Shown here in pieces: positions 9,868 through 20,596 of a DNA stretch of 64,000 nucleotides. The DNA comes from Minisyncoccota bacterium (GTDB lineage Bacteria > Patescibacteriota > Minisyncoccia > SW-4-49-11). The notes below the pieces were generated by a model. It was given only the letters and a program-made list of their open reading frames with translations. It was not told the DNA's origin and made no database searches. The position numbers were made by a program, and so were the translations under genes. The stretch lies in assembly GCA_032117235.1 (NCBI GenBank), contig JAULZW010000003.1, positions 2,798-66,797 on the forward strand, in the 5' to 3' direction. Numbering within the stretch: the first letter of the stretch is position 1; each line of letters starts with the position of its first letter.

Positions 9868-10533
9868 CTACCTTTCTAATAATTTTTGTTCGCTGAGTTT
9901 ACGATATCCTCCTTCTGGGATATCGTTTAATTCTATATGTCCAATACGTATTCTGAGTAAATCTAACACACTATACCTCAGAGTCCTCGCCATACGCCGT
10001 ATTTGCCTGTTTTTGCCCTCAGTTAGGGTTATCTTGATAGTGTCATTGCTCATACGCTTGATACGACAAGGTTTGGTATGATAGCCGGTATCAATCTTGA
10101 CTCCTTCTCTTAATTTCTCAATGTCAGCTTGAGAAATGGGGCGATTGAGAGTTACTATATAATCTTTTTCCATTTGAACTTTGGGCTCTAGGAGCTTTTT
10201 GGTAATACGCCCATCATTAGTAAGTATTATAAGTCCTCGAGAATCTTTATCTAATCTTCCAACTGGGAATACTTCATCTCCAAAGTCCGTAATATCTTGT
10301 ATGGATTTTTCTCCTTCTTGGGGGCTATGGGATACGATTCCCACTGGCTTATGATAGGCATAATATTTGTATTGCTTCTCATATCCTATTACTTCCACCT
10401 TATCCCCTTCTTTGATATCTACACCAACTTCAGCGACAATTCCATTGACGAAAACTTTTCCCTCTTGAATTAATCGGTCTGCTTCTCGTCTTGAACAAAT
10501 ATCTTGGCTTGCTAAATACTTATTGATCCTCAT
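9868..10533 (-). CDS. rRNA pseudouridine synthase (RsuA/RluB/RluF family)
   Basis: S4 domain MRINKYLA...SRREAD; VGRLDKDSRGL; EGKNRQIRRM. Confidence 0.93.
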   Translation of the reverse strand: MRINKYLASQDICSRREADRLIQEGKVFVNGIVAEVGVDIKEGDKVEVIGYEKQYKYYAYHKPVGIVSHSPQEGEKSIQDITDFGDEVFPVGRLDKDSRGLIILTNDGRITKKLLEPKVQMEKDYIVTLNRPISQADIEKLREGVKIDTGYHTKPCRIKRMSNDTIKITLTEGKNRQIRRMARTLRYSVLDLLRIRIGHIELNDIPEGGYRKLSEQKLLER

Positions 10534-10624
10534 AAAAATACTAGTTATATGCCAATACTAGCATATTTTGTAATTTATAGTAAGTGTATGATATAATATA
10601 TTAGTTATAAATAAACATAAATTT

Positions 10625-11446
10625 ATGCAGATTGAACCTGGAACTTCTCCAAAACATCGTTATGAGTTAATTAAAGCTACTCTTCTTGTAATTATTGGTG
10701 CTCTGATTACTATTACTGTAGTCTATGGCATTGACTATTTTAGCCCAAAGGCTGAACCCACTCCTGTGGATGTAGTGGAGCCTGTTGCTCAAACAGAGCC
10801 TATTGTGGAAGAAATATCTACCCCTTCTCCCGAATCTACACCTACTCCAGAGACACCTAAAGAAAAGGTTTATACTCAAGATGAACTTAATACTATCTTT
10901 GAGATGGATAAGAAGTCTAAAGACACTAAACTCTTTTATTCTCCTAAATTAGGTGTTGGGTTTACTTATAATTTGCTAGAAGGATTTTCACCTAATACAT
11001 ATGAAGTACCTGTATCTGAACAAGGAAATGGAGTTGTCATAGGCTATCCAGAAAAGAAGGGAACTCCCGCATCTGGAAGAAAAAGTCTACAAGTATTTAA
11101 TAAAGATCCCAAAGACACTCTCGAGCAAGCTATTACTAAAGAATTTTTGCAAGGAGTAGATTCCAAAAAATGTTTTGCCCAAAAATATGAAAAAGAAAAT
11201 CCTCAGTATAAATATGCTGAAATATTCTATACACCAACTCAAGGAGAAGAGGTTGGTATAAATAATGGTATAGAAAATTGTCCAGAGAAAATACATGATT
11301 ATGTCCGAACAAATGCTTCCTTATATTTCTTCGAGGATACTAGAGTTCCTTCTAAATATGTGTTTGTAATCCTTGGTCAAGAAAGTATAGCTTACTCAGG
11401 AATTGGGAGTGAAGACTGGTCAGGCTCTATTAGAATATTAAAATAA
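10625..11446 (+). CDS. Hypothetical membrane-anchored extracellular protein
   Basis: N-terminal TM, P/E/T-rich linker, Cys-containing globular domain. Confidence 0.6.
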   Translation: MQIEPGTSPKHRYELIKATLLVIIGALITITVVYGIDYFSPKAEPTPVDVVEPVAQTEPIVEEISTPSPESTPTPETPKEKVYTQDELNTIFEMDKKSKDTKLFYSPKLGVGFTYNLLEGFSPNTYEVPVSEQGNGVVIGYPEKKGTPASGRKSLQVFNKDPKDTLEQAITKEFLQGVDSKKCFAQKYEKENPQYKYAEIFYTPTQGEEVGINNGIENCPEKIHDYVRTNASLYFFEDTRVPSKYVFVILGQESIAYSGIGSEDWSGSIRILK

Positions 11447-11458
11447 ATCTTAGCTACT

Positions 11459-11487
11459 AAAAAAGGGGAGCTAACACTCCCTTTTTT
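11459..11487. terminator. Bidirectional terminator
   Basis: AAAAAAGGGGAG-ctaaca-CTCCCTTTTTT between convergent genes. Confidence 0.75.
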
Positions 11488-11512
11488 ATTTTGTCTTAGA
11501 AAATATAACCCT

Positions 11513-13273
11513 CTAACTACTCCCTTCTTGATTTTGTATTAAATTAAGGGCGGAGTCAAAATTCTCGGCTGGAGTTAATATTCCCCCACTAATAAAAAAT
11601 ATTTGATCAGCTTTTTTGATAGTATTAAGTCTATGAGCGATAATAACTTTGGTAGTTGTATCTGGTAATTGAGACAATATGGATTGGAGATTTTGCTCGG
11701 TTACGGTATCTATATTGGCGGTAGCCTCATCCAGAATAAGGAGTTCGGGTTCTCTCAAAAGAGTACGAATAAAGGAGATAATTTGTTTTTGCCCAATACT
11801 AATACCATTGTTTTCGATTATGGTCTCTATACCATTATCAAAAGTATCCATCAGTTCAGTCAAATTATGAGATTTGAGTTTTTCTAATAACTCCTCATCA
11901 TTACTATTGAGTAATTCGCTATTACCATATCTCAAGTTATCTCCTATTGTACCCGTGAATAAGAATGGTTCTTGGAGAATAAATCCAATACTATTGGTTC
12001 GCTCTTCATCAGTATATGTTCTAATATCTCTATTTTTGAGTTCTATAATACCCTGTTGAGGATCATATAATCTTGCCATCAATGATGCTGTGGTGCTTTT
12101 ACCTCCTCCTGTTGGGCCTACTAAAGCATAGGTTTTTCCTTGTTCTAATGTAAAATTCATATCTTTAATAATTTCTTTTTCATCATATCCAAAACTGACA
12201 TCTTCGAATTCTAAAATATATTTGGTTTTTCTCCTCTGAACTCCTGATTTGTCATCTTCTAAAATTAAATTGTTCTCTAGACTAATAATCTCTTGCACTC
12301 TAGTCCAGGCTGCTAGGGCTCCTTGAAGACTACCCACTATTGTACCTAAAATTCTCAGTGGCTCGAAAAATTTCTGAACATAGGCAAGGAAACCTATCAG
12401 AAGTCCAATAGTAATACTGCCCGATAGAATGAAATTTACTCCTACTGATAGAAGAATAATCTGGGATAAGTTGGCTACAAAAGTATATAGTGGGGCTATA
12501 CTATCATTAAGAATATTAACTTGAATTTTAGTTTTGTATACAGCTCCACTGATTTTATCGAAATTAGCTTTATAATAATCTTGTATTTGAAAAGCTACTA
12601 TAGCATTGAAGTTTAATAAACCTTCTTGTACTTCTGAAGATAAGGAGCCTTGATTTTCTAAACCTACTTTATTCATTCCTTCTATAAATGGGGTGGCTAT
12701 TCTTGTAGTAATCAGAATTAAAGCTGTTAAGCTAAAGACTATACTAGCTAATTGCCAGTTTAGGTATACCATCATACAAGCTATTCCAATTAGAGAGAAA
12801 AAGAGGGAAGTAAATCTTAATACCCCTTCTGATAAAAATTGATTAATTTTATTAGTGTCATTGTTAATTCTTGAAATTAAATCTCCAGCTTTATTACGAT
12901 TAAAAAAGTCTATTGGTAAGCTCTGTAAAGAAGAAAAAACTTTAGCTCTCAAACGGAATAAAACTCTTTGTGAAACATACCCCATAATTCTAGCTTGTCC
13001 ATAAGCTGCAATTGCTGATATGATAAATAGTATTACCAACCCTAAAGACATTAGAGCCAGTGTCTGAATATCTTTATTAGCAATTGGTCCGTCAATGGCT
13101 CTAGTAATGATATAAGGGGTTACAACTCCTGTTCCAATATTGATTAAAACTGTAATTACAATAACGACTAGGTTTCTGGTCTCTCCTACAAAAAGTGGTA
13201 AGATAGTAGCTAGAGATTCTTCAAACGATGGTTTATTGTTATTAGATTGTGATAATTTATAGAGGTTATTCAT
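11513..13273 (-). CDS. ABC exporter permease/ATPase, heterodimer subunit B (start probably MNNLYK at 13273)
   Basis: TMD plus NBD; GPTGGGKST, LILDEAT, IAHRL; degenerate signature ISIGQ. Confidence 0.9.
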   Translation of the reverse strand: MNNLYKLSQSNNNKPSFEESLATILPLFVGETRNLVVIVITVLINIGTGVVTPYIITRAIDGPIANKDIQTLALMSLGLVILFIISAIAAYGQARIMGYVSQRVLFRLRAKVFSSLQSLPIDFFNRNKAGDLISRINNDTNKINQFLSEGVLRFTSLFFSLIGIACMMVYLNWQLASIVFSLTALILITTRIATPFIEGMNKVGLENQGSLSSEVQEGLLNFNAIVAFQIQDYYKANFDKISGAVYKTKIQVNILNDSIAPLYTFVANLSQIILLSVGVNFILSGSITIGLLIGFLAYVQKFFEPLRILGTIVGSLQGALAAWTRVQEIISLENNLILEDDKSGVQRRKTKYILEFEDVSFGYDEKEIIKDMNFTLEQGKTYALVGPTGGGKSTTASLMARLYDPQQGIIELKNRDIRTYTDEERTNSIGFILQEPFLFTGTIGDNLRYGNSELLNSNDEELLEKLKSHNLTELMDTFDNGIETIIENNGISIGQKQIISFIRTLLREPELLILDEATANIDTVTEQNLQSILSQLPDTTTKVIIAHRLNTIKKADQIFFISGGILTPAENFDSALNLIQNQEGSS

Positions 13274-13274
13274 A

Positions 13275-14990
13275 TTAAGTTGTTTGTTGGCTTTGCCAGA
13301 TTTGGGCATATTCAATCGAGGATTGCAAAAGCTGTTTATGCTTACCCGTGGCTAATAAGTCTCCCTCCATAATTACTATGATTTGATCATAGTCTTGAAT
13401 TGGTTCAATTTTTTGAGTAATTGAGATTAAGGTTAAATTAGGATAATTGTGGGATAAGGCTGAGATAATTTCTTTTTCAGTTCTAATGTCTACTCTGGCT
13501 GTAAAATCATCTAGTAGCAGTATATTTGGGTTTCTAACTAATGCTCTAGCTAACATAATTCTTTGTTTTTGACCCCCTGAGAGATTTGTTCCTCGCTCAC
13601 TAATTTGAGTAGATAGCCCATTAGGAAAATTTTCTATAATTTCAGAAACATTAGCTGTATCTAAAGCTTTTTGTAATTCTGGCTCTGGTATTGTTTGATT
13701 AAAAATTATATTATCCGTAAGTGAAGAATTGAATAAAATACTTTCTTGAAATACTAATCCCATTGTTCTAAATATATATTTTGGCTCCCATTGATTAAGG
13801 GGGATGTCATCTATCAAAATCTGTCCTCCTGTGGGGTGAATAAGGCCTGTAAGAAGAGATAATATAAGGCTTTTTCCTGATCCCGTTGGACCTATAATAG
13901 CATTTTTAGTTTTAGGTTGAATTTCAAAAGAAACATCCTTTAACAGATCTTTACCATTAATTTCATACGACACTTTGTCAAAAGTAATTTTACCATTTAC
14001 TTCTTTTGTAATTAAGTTTTTGTTGTTAGTTTTTGTTTGTTCTGGAGCATTTAATACTTGCTGTATTCTAGATAGAGATACCATTCCTCTGGAAATAAAG
14101 TTACTTACAAATCCTAAAATAAAAATTGGAGTAATCAAAAGATTAAAGTATGAAATAAAAGCACTAAACTCTCCTAAAGTTAATCCTTCTATCATCACTT
14201 GCCTGCCTCCAAACCATATAATAGTAACAATGGCAAAGTTAGAGACTAAATTTATTGTAGGTATTAGACTAGAAAATAAGTTTATTATCTGAAACCCTAT
14301 ATCTCGTCCCTGTTGATTTACAGTTTTAAATTTTGCATTTTCATAATTTTGTGAATTCAGAACTCTAATTAACATAGCACCTAAGACACTTTCATTTATA
14401 ACTTTATTAATTTTGGACAATACCTCCTGTGAAGATCGGAATAATTTGGATATATTTTTAAATATAAAAGCAAAAACAGCTATAATAATTGGTAGAGAAA
14501 TAATAGCAATTAAAGCTAGTTTAACATTGATTGAAAATAATAAAATAACACTACCAATTAAAATAATCGATGCTGAGAATATACTTGCAAAACCTTGTGA
14601 GATTATATCTTTCACCTGCTCTACATCTGAGGTTATATTGGTAAAAAGCTCTGAGGAGTCTTGTTCATTAACAAAGCTAATGGGTTGTGATAATATCTTT
14701 TTAATTAAAGCATCTCTAAAGTCTCTAGCCACATTTTCAGCAACATATACTCCTATAATAGTTTGTACTAATGAAAATATCAGAACAAATGTTGTTATGA
14801 CTGCTAATATCCAGATATCTGGGGCTAATTTATAAACACTCCCACTTTGACTAAGATTATCAATACTATTTCCTAATATTCTAGGTATAAGTAAGTTTGC
14901 TCCATTAGATAAAAATATAAATATAATTAAAAGCACTGACCAGCCTATATATGGTTTTATAAATTTAAAGTCAATATTGGATTTCTGCAT
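13275..14990 (-). CDS. ABC exporter permease/ATPase, heterodimer subunit A
   Basis: GPTGSGKS, LSGGQKQ; degenerate Walker B LLDD and H-loop ITQ, as in TM287/288-type heterodimers. Confidence 0.9.
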   Translation of the reverse strand: MQKSNIDFKFIKPYIGWSVLLIIFIFLSNGANLLIPRILGNSIDNLSQSGSVYKLAPDIWILAVITTFVLIFSLVQTIIGVYVAENVARDFRDALIKKILSQPISFVNEQDSSELFTNITSDVEQVKDIISQGFASIFSASIILIGSVILLFSINVKLALIAIISLPIIIAVFAFIFKNISKLFRSSQEVLSKINKVINESVLGAMLIRVLNSQNYENAKFKTVNQQGRDIGFQIINLFSSLIPTINLVSNFAIVTIIWFGGRQVMIEGLTLGEFSAFISYFNLLITPIFILGFVSNFISRGMVSLSRIQQVLNAPEQTKTNNKNLITKEVNGKITFDKVSYEINGKDLLKDVSFEIQPKTKNAIIGPTGSGKSLILSLLTGLIHPTGGQILIDDIPLNQWEPKYIFRTMGLVFQESILFNSSLTDNIIFNQTIPEPELQKALDTANVSEIIENFPNGLSTQISERGTNLSGGQKQRIMLARALVRNPNILLLDDFTARVDIRTEKEIISALSHNYPNLTLISITQKIEPIQDYDQIIVIMEGDLLATGKHKQLLQSSIEYAQIWQSQQTT

Positions 14991-15018
14991 TATTGTTTTT
15001 AATTAAGAATATTAGAAA

Positions 15019-16674
15019 TTAACTTCTATCTATAAATTCTGTTCTGGAACATGGGTTAGGCTCAATAATGTTATTTGGCATTATTGACTTTAGTAAAAAC
15101 TCACTGTGTGAACCCAGTTTTGCTATTTTATAAGCTAAGTATCTATAATTAATGTGCCCTCCTGGTCTAACTCTAAGCTGGGTCATATAGCTAATTTCTT
15201 TTGGAGATGCATGGAAAAAACTTGTCAAAATATGAGCAAAAGGCAATAGTTGAATATAAATATATTGAGGAAACCATTCATATTCTGAACTCATATCAAT
15301 AAATTGTTGCAGTCTATTATAATATTGTTGTAGATCTTGTTCGAACTTTTGTCTAATTGTCTGTAAATCTGGATTCTCAGTTAAATAAAGTGGTAAAGTA
15401 TAACCTGTATATAATGTTTCTTTATATTTATTTGTACTAAAAGCTGGAATATATCTACCCCAAGCTCGATGTCTATTCAAATCTCGTAGTTCCGAATTAG
15501 AACAAGTCAATACAAAACTATGTGTGTTCACTCTAAACAAATTACCCATCTGATGATGATGATTAAAATCTTTAAATAAAATATTAGAAATTTGGATTTC
15601 TTGTTCTTGACTTAAATTAGATATAAATTCTAAAATAGATTTAATACTAGCATTAGGATACAAAGTTATTATGTTTTGTAATAAAATTTTATATCCAGCA
15701 CTGAGAGTAGTATCTAATAATTCCGCATCTAATTTATGATAAATTATAGTCTTTGAAGTTTCTAAACTTTGCTCTATTTGCAATTCATTTTGTAAATATT
15801 GTTGTAATGCCAACAGATTATTATTAGTAATTTTATCGGACTCTGTATGTCGAATCAAATCAGGTGCTTCTGGAGTATAGCCAATTTGCTTAGCTTTAAA
15901 ATCATCTGGAGCGAATAATATTTCTAATTGTTCGGCTAAACAAACAACATTATATTCATTAGAGGCCTTGAATACAGATATAATCCTTGCCCATTCGCGA
16001 GCAGAGGTAATATAAGCTAGAGAAGTTTTATTCATCAAACCTGATGGTAAAAAATATCTAATTGAGTCAAAAACTCTAGCCAATAAAGCTCCTGTTTCAG
16101 ACTTATTATCCTTATCTATCTTATAAACTTTAATATATTCGGCATTTAATTTATCTTTCCAATAGTGATATTTATCTAGAGAGTATTGTTGTAAGTCTAA
16201 TAAACCCTGATTTATTTTATCATAATTATCTAAGTTAGAATTTATTCCTAACTTATTCAAACCGAGTGGCTTAATATTACCGAAATCCTGATATCTAGTT
16301 GAACGCTGTTGCCCCCCTCCTACACTAGTTTCATTAAAGAAAATAGTAGAATAATGATCTGGAATTTGCTCAATATAGGCAAATAATTGCGCCATATCTG
16401 CCACCGAAGAATGACCGTAATTCCTAAATATATTAGCCAATTTTTCATTAGCATTACTGCCAGCTTGTCGAATCTCTTGAAATAACTCTTCGGCAGATAA
16501 AGCGGAGCGAGAAAATCTAGCTCCTGCAAAAGCCATAATAGATGCTGTTTGTTTGCCAGAATTTGGTAGCGCTGTTCTGACGGTATATCCTGTTCTATTA
16601 TCTGTAACCGAGACTATGACTAAATCTGTTTTATCAGGATCTGAAATACTAAATTGAAAATGTGATTTATCCAT
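15019..16674 (-). CDS. thyX: FAD-dependent thymidylate synthase, tandem-domain ThyX type
   Basis: ARFSRS, YGHSSVA, QRSTRY, FDSIRYFLP, RDLNRHR; adjacent to dcd. Confidence 0.8.
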   Translation of the reverse strand: MDKSHFQFSISDPDKTDLVIVSVTDNRTGYTVRTALPNSGKQTASIMAFAGARFSRSALSAEELFQEIRQAGSNANEKLANIFRNYGHSSVADMAQLFAYIEQIPDHYSTIFFNETSVGGGQQRSTRYQDFGNIKPLGLNKLGINSNLDNYDKINQGLLDLQQYSLDKYHYWKDKLNAEYIKVYKIDKDNKSETGALLARVFDSIRYFLPSGLMNKTSLAYITSAREWARIISVFKASNEYNVVCLAEQLEILFAPDDFKAKQIGYTPEAPDLIRHTESDKITNNNLLALQQYLQNELQIEQSLETSKTIIYHKLDAELLDTTLSAGYKILLQNIITLYPNASIKSILEFISNLSQEQEIQISNILFKDFNHHHQMGNLFRVNTHSFVLTCSNSELRDLNRHRAWGRYIPAFSTNKYKETLYTGYTLPLYLTENPDLQTIRQKFEQDLQQYYNRLQQFIDMSSEYEWFPQYIYIQLLPFAHILTSFFHASPKEISYMTQLRVRPGGHINYRYLAYKIAKLGSHSEFLLKSIMPNNIIEPNPCSRTEFIDRS

Positions 16675-16685
16675 AATAATATATT

Positions 16686-17264
16686 TTATTCTTCTTTAAT
16701 TTCAAAGTTTTTATGCATATCACTTGCTTGAACTCCTCTAGAATCATAGTATTTACTACCTAGAGAGGTTGAGCCATAAGAATTTTGGGCAGGAGTTTTG
16801 AGCTCATAAAAAGCAATCTGAGCGATTTTCATTTCTGGATAAAGCCGAATTGGTACAGTATTGGTGTTAACAAATTCTAAAGTAGCATTAAGCCTATTTC
16901 CTGGATCAATAAAACCTGCCGTAGTATGTACAATTAGTCCGTATCGAGCAAGAGAGCTTTTACCCATAATTTGGCAGGCATATTTCTCATTGCATCCAAA
17001 ATAATCTTTTGTTACACCAAGTACAAATTGACCTGGATGAATAACAAAATATTCATCTTTATCTTTTAATATAACTTTTTCCATAAATTCATGAACCGAT
17101 TTCTTGGGGTCAATATATTCAAATTTATGATTGTTAAATATCATAAATTCATATCCTAGCAAAACATCGTAACTGGCAGGTTGAAGACGAGCCTCATCAA
17201 AATCATTGATAATAATATCTCCTAATTCGATTCCCTTCTTTATATCGACATCAGATAATTGCAT
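16686..17264 (-). CDS. dcd: dCTP deaminase
   Basis: LQPASYDV, GKSSLARYGL..H.TAGFIDPG, TLEF. Confidence 0.93.
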   Translation of the reverse strand: MQLSDVDIKKGIELGDIIINDFDEARLQPASYDVLLGYEFMIFNNHKFEYIDPKKSVHEFMEKVILKDKDEYFVIHPGQFVLGVTKDYFGCNEKYACQIMGKSSLARYGLIVHTTAGFIDPGNRLNATLEFVNTNTVPIRLYPEMKIAQIAFYELKTPAQNSYGSTSLGSKYYDSRGVQASDMHKNFEIKEE

Positions 17265-17276
17265 ATAAATTATAGG

Positions 17277-18206
17277 TTAAACTTTCAAATAACGATTAAT
17301 AGCGATCAAACTACTTCCTACTCCCAAAATAATTCCGACTATTAGTTGAGCACCTATTATAAAGAAAGCGTTTGTCAGCACATATTCACTTAATGGCTGT
17401 GATCCTGCTATAAACTCTCTTACACCTGATGATATTAATAGAACAACAACAAATAATATAAGAAAACTAATAAAGGTTCCAAAAACTCCAAATAATACAC
17501 CTTCCACGAAAAACGGTCCTTTAATTTGAGCATCACTAGCCCCCACTAATCTCATAATTTCAATTTCCTGTCTATATGAGTATAGTGTCAAACGAATTGT
17601 ATTATAGGTTATCAACACAGCTATTGTAGCCAAAACTATTATTACACTAATACCCACATTGCGAGTAACTTGAATTATATTATTTAATCTATCAATAATT
17701 TCTTTAGAGGTACTTTTTTGATAATCTGTTTCTTGAATAGTTGATTCATTATACTCTGACTTCATCAAAGTATCATTGATATTTTGATAAAATTTACTAT
17801 TCTCACCTTTAATAGTCAATGTTCTAGGAAGAGGATTCTCATCTAAAACCTGCAGAGACTGAATAATGGAAGGGTTGTCCTTATAGGTTTCTTTAAATTT
17901 CTCTAAAGCCATTTCTTTAGTAATTAAATTAACTTCCTTAACCCCTTCTATACCTTTTACATATTTTACAAAGTCATTAACTTTAGTTTCTTCTACTCCA
18001 TCTTTAATATAAACACTAATATCTACTCTATTTTGAATACCACTCAAAGCATCACTGCTAATCTGATTGATAACCATAAAAAACCCTAATCCAAATAAAG
18101 TTAATACCATTATGCTAGTAGTGGCAATGGACAGAAAGATATTTCTTCCAAAGTTTTGAAATCCATATTTAATACTGCGTATAATAGTAGAAAAGAATAA
18201 ATCCAT
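17277..18206 (-). CDS. ftsX: Cell division permease FtsX
   Basis: ENPLP, NTIRLTLYSYRQEIEIMRLVGA, GPFFVEG. Confidence 0.93.
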   Translation of the reverse strand: MDLFFSTIIRSIKYGFQNFGRNIFLSIATTSIMVLTLFGLGFFMVINQISSDALSGIQNRVDISVYIKDGVEETKVNDFVKYVKGIEGVKEVNLITKEMALEKFKETYKDNPSIIQSLQVLDENPLPRTLTIKGENSKFYQNINDTLMKSEYNESTIQETDYQKSTSKEIIDRLNNIIQVTRNVGISVIIVLATIAVLITYNTIRLTLYSYRQEIEIMRLVGASDAQIKGPFFVEGVLFGVFGTFISFLILFVVVLLISSGVREFIAGSQPLSEYVLTNAFFIIGAQLIVGIILGVGSSLIAINRYLKV

Positions 18207-18224
18207 ATAATTAATGTTTATGTT

Positions 18225-18911
18225 TTATATAATATATTTACCATCAAGACTATCACGAATAATCTTACCTTTATCAAGACTAATAACTCTTTTATTAATA
18301 CTGTTTACAACTTCTTTATTATGAGTAGCAAAAATAATAGTAGTTTTAAGCTGTTCATTTATTTTAAGTAATAAATTTACAATATCCCAACTATTGAAGA
18401 CATCTAAATTTCCAGTTGGCTCATCTGCCAACAATACTTTAGGCTCATTAATCAAAGCTCTTGCAATAGCAATTCTTTGTCTTTCTCCTCCAGACATTTG
18501 ATTTGGAAATTTATTGGCTTTTGATCCCATACCAACAATGTTCAAAAATCTAGGTACTTTTCTACTTATTTCCAAATTGTCTTTACCTAAAATTTCCATT
18601 GCAAAGGCTATGTTTTCATAGGCGGTTTTACTAGGCAGTAATTTGAAATCTTGAAAAATAATCCCAAGAGACCTTCTGTGCTTAGGCATATCACTATACC
18701 TTAGGTCGTTCACTCTAGTTTTACCTAAAAAAACCTCCCCTTTATCTGGGTTCTGCTCTCCCGTAATTAGTTTCATCAGAGTAGATTTTCCAGCACCACT
18801 TTGCCCCACTAAAACCAAAAACTCTCCGTCCTCAATTTTTAAATTTATGTTTTCTATAGCAAAGGATTCTTCTTCACCATAAGCTTTAGTTACATTCTTA
18901 AATAAAATCAT
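18225..18911 (-). CDS. ftsE: Cell division ATPase FtsE
   Basis: GQSGAGKST, FQDFKLL, LADEPTGNLD; upstream of ftsX. Confidence 0.93.
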   Translation of the reverse strand: MILFKNVTKAYGEEESFAIENINLKIEDGEFLVLVGQSGAGKSTLMKLITGEQNPDKGEVFLGKTRVNDLRYSDMPKHRRSLGIIFQDFKLLPSKTAYENIAFAMEILGKDNLEISRKVPRFLNIVGMGSKANKFPNQMSGGERQRIAIARALINEPKVLLADEPTGNLDVFNSWDIVNLLLKINEQLKTTIIFATHNKEVVNSINKRVISLDKGKIIRDSLDGKYII

Positions 18912-18919
18912 AATTATAA

Positions 18920-20002
18920 TTATTGTTTATCTTTTTTTATAAGTACAGAGGTGATAATTTCATCCAAATCTCCTGCCAAAATTTTATCTACATCAGTAGT
19001 TTCAAAACTACTCCTTTGGTCTTTTACCAATTTATATGGATTAACTACATAAGATCTAATATGATTTCCCCATGAAATTGAGACATCTTCGGTATGAGAT
19101 TGTTTCTCCTTTTTATGTTCAGATTGCCTTAATTCCCACAACTTAGATTTTAAGATATTAAGAGCTAAAGTTTTATTTTGTAACTGAGACCTTTCTGTTT
19201 GAATAGCAACTACAATTCCAGTTGGTATATGAGTTACTCTAACAGCTGAGTCTGTAGTATTAACACTTTGTCCTCCAGCACCTTGAGATCGATAAACATC
19301 GACTTTTATATCATTTGGATTGATTACAATGTCATTAGAACTAATTTCATCCATCTCTGGCAAAACCTGCACCATTACAAATGATGTATGTCGTAAGCCC
19401 GCTGAATTAAATGGAGAGACTCTTACCAAACGATGAACTCCACGCTCTTGGCGAAAAATTCCATAAGCATACTGACCTTTTATGTGTAACAAAGAACGCT
19501 TTATACCAGCCTCTTGGCCTTGTATATATTCTATCACATCTATTTCAAAATTTCGATACTTTGCATAAGAGATATACATTTTAGTAATAATTTCGGCAAA
19601 ATCTTGAGCATCCACACCTCCAGCACCAGCTTGAATAAACAGCAAAGCATTACCAGAATCATACTCTTCATTAAAGAATATTTCTTGCCAATAAGTATTT
19701 ACTTGTTTTTCTAAGTTTTGAAGATCGGCTTCCAGATCAGAGTCCTGCTCCAAAATTAAATGTTCTAAAAAATCTATATTTTCTGGAATGTTTTCTAAAT
19801 CTTGAAGTTTTTTTTGAGAATGTGATAGTTTTTTTAAAATACTTTGAGCTTGGTCTGGATTATCCCATAAATTAGGTTTTTCCGACTTCTCAAGATATAA
19901 GTTAATCTCTTTTTTTAACTCTTCTATATCAATACCAAGTTCAATTTGATTCCACTTTTCTTTAATTTCACCCAAAAGATTATAAACCTGTTCTTGAGTC
20001 AT
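18920..20002 (-). CDS. prfB: Peptide chain release factor 2
   Basis: VRVSPF (SPF) and GAGGQSVN motifs; single continuous ORF. Confidence 0.95.
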   Translation of the reverse strand: MTQEQVYNLLGEIKEKWNQIELGIDIEELKKEINLYLEKSEKPNLWDNPDQAQSILKKLSHSQKKLQDLENIPENIDFLEHLILEQDSDLEADLQNLEKQVNTYWQEIFFNEEYDSGNALLFIQAGAGGVDAQDFAEIITKMYISYAKYRNFEIDVIEYIQGQEAGIKRSLLHIKGQYAYGIFRQERGVHRLVRVSPFNSAGLRHTSFVMVQVLPEMDEISSNDIVINPNDIKVDVYRSQGAGGQSVNTTDSAVRVTHIPTGIVVAIQTERSQLQNKTLALNILKSKLWELRQSEHKKEKQSHTEDVSISWGNHIRSYVVNPYKLVKDQRSSFETTDVDKILAGDLDEIITSVLIKKDKQ

Positions 20003-20005
20003 TGT

Positions 20006-20260
20006 TTATTTATTTAAAACACTAGAAAGATGGGACGAAACCTGTGCTCCAAGTCGTGGATTAATCCTTCTTATATTATTAGAGATTTGACTACCATAAT
20101 TACGTAAATCATTAGGATTAAAAGACTTGTATTTTCCCCCTTCAGATGAACCTCCTACAACCTTATATATTTCTTCCTGTACAATTTTTGCGTCTTCACT
20201 AAATCCAGATATGCCAGCACTTCTTAGAACTTCCTTAGCATAATCTTCCATTGTTCTCAT
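20006..20260 (-). CDS. Hypothetical protein
   Basis: 84-aa ORF tightly packed upstream of prfB. Confidence 0.55.
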   Translation of the reverse strand: MRTMEDYAKEVLRSAGISGFSEDAKIVQEEIYKVVGGSSEGGKYKSFNPNDLRNYGSQISNNIRRINPRLGAQVSSHLSSVLNK

Positions 20261-20265
20261 ATATT

Positions 20266-20541
20266 TTATCTTAATTCTAATTCTATAGCTTTGGACAGAA
20301 TTTCTATATCCTGCTCAGTTAATATGTCTTTTTTATTAGCTAATATATTAACTTTAATTTCTTCCCATTCCTCTTTAGTTATCAATTCTCTTGCTTGACT
20401 ATAAGTCTCAAAAGCATCATCAAAAAGAACTTTAATATACTCTTTTTTTTGTTCATTAGTAGCTCCAGATGAAAACATACTTGGACCCTTAAAATACAAT
20501 CTTTTGAGAATAATATCGAATCGTGATTTAGATATAGTCAT
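20266..20541 (-). CDS. Hypothetical protein
   Basis: 91-aa ORF tightly packed in the same run. Confidence 0.55.
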   Translation of the reverse strand: MTISKSRFDIILKRLYFKGPSMFSSGATNEQKKEYIKVLFDDAFETYSQARELITKEEWEEIKVNILANKKDILTEQDIEILSKAIELELR

Positions 20542-20596
20542 AAAATTATAATTTATTTATTTTTATTATAACATAGATTTAGAAATTATAAATTAT

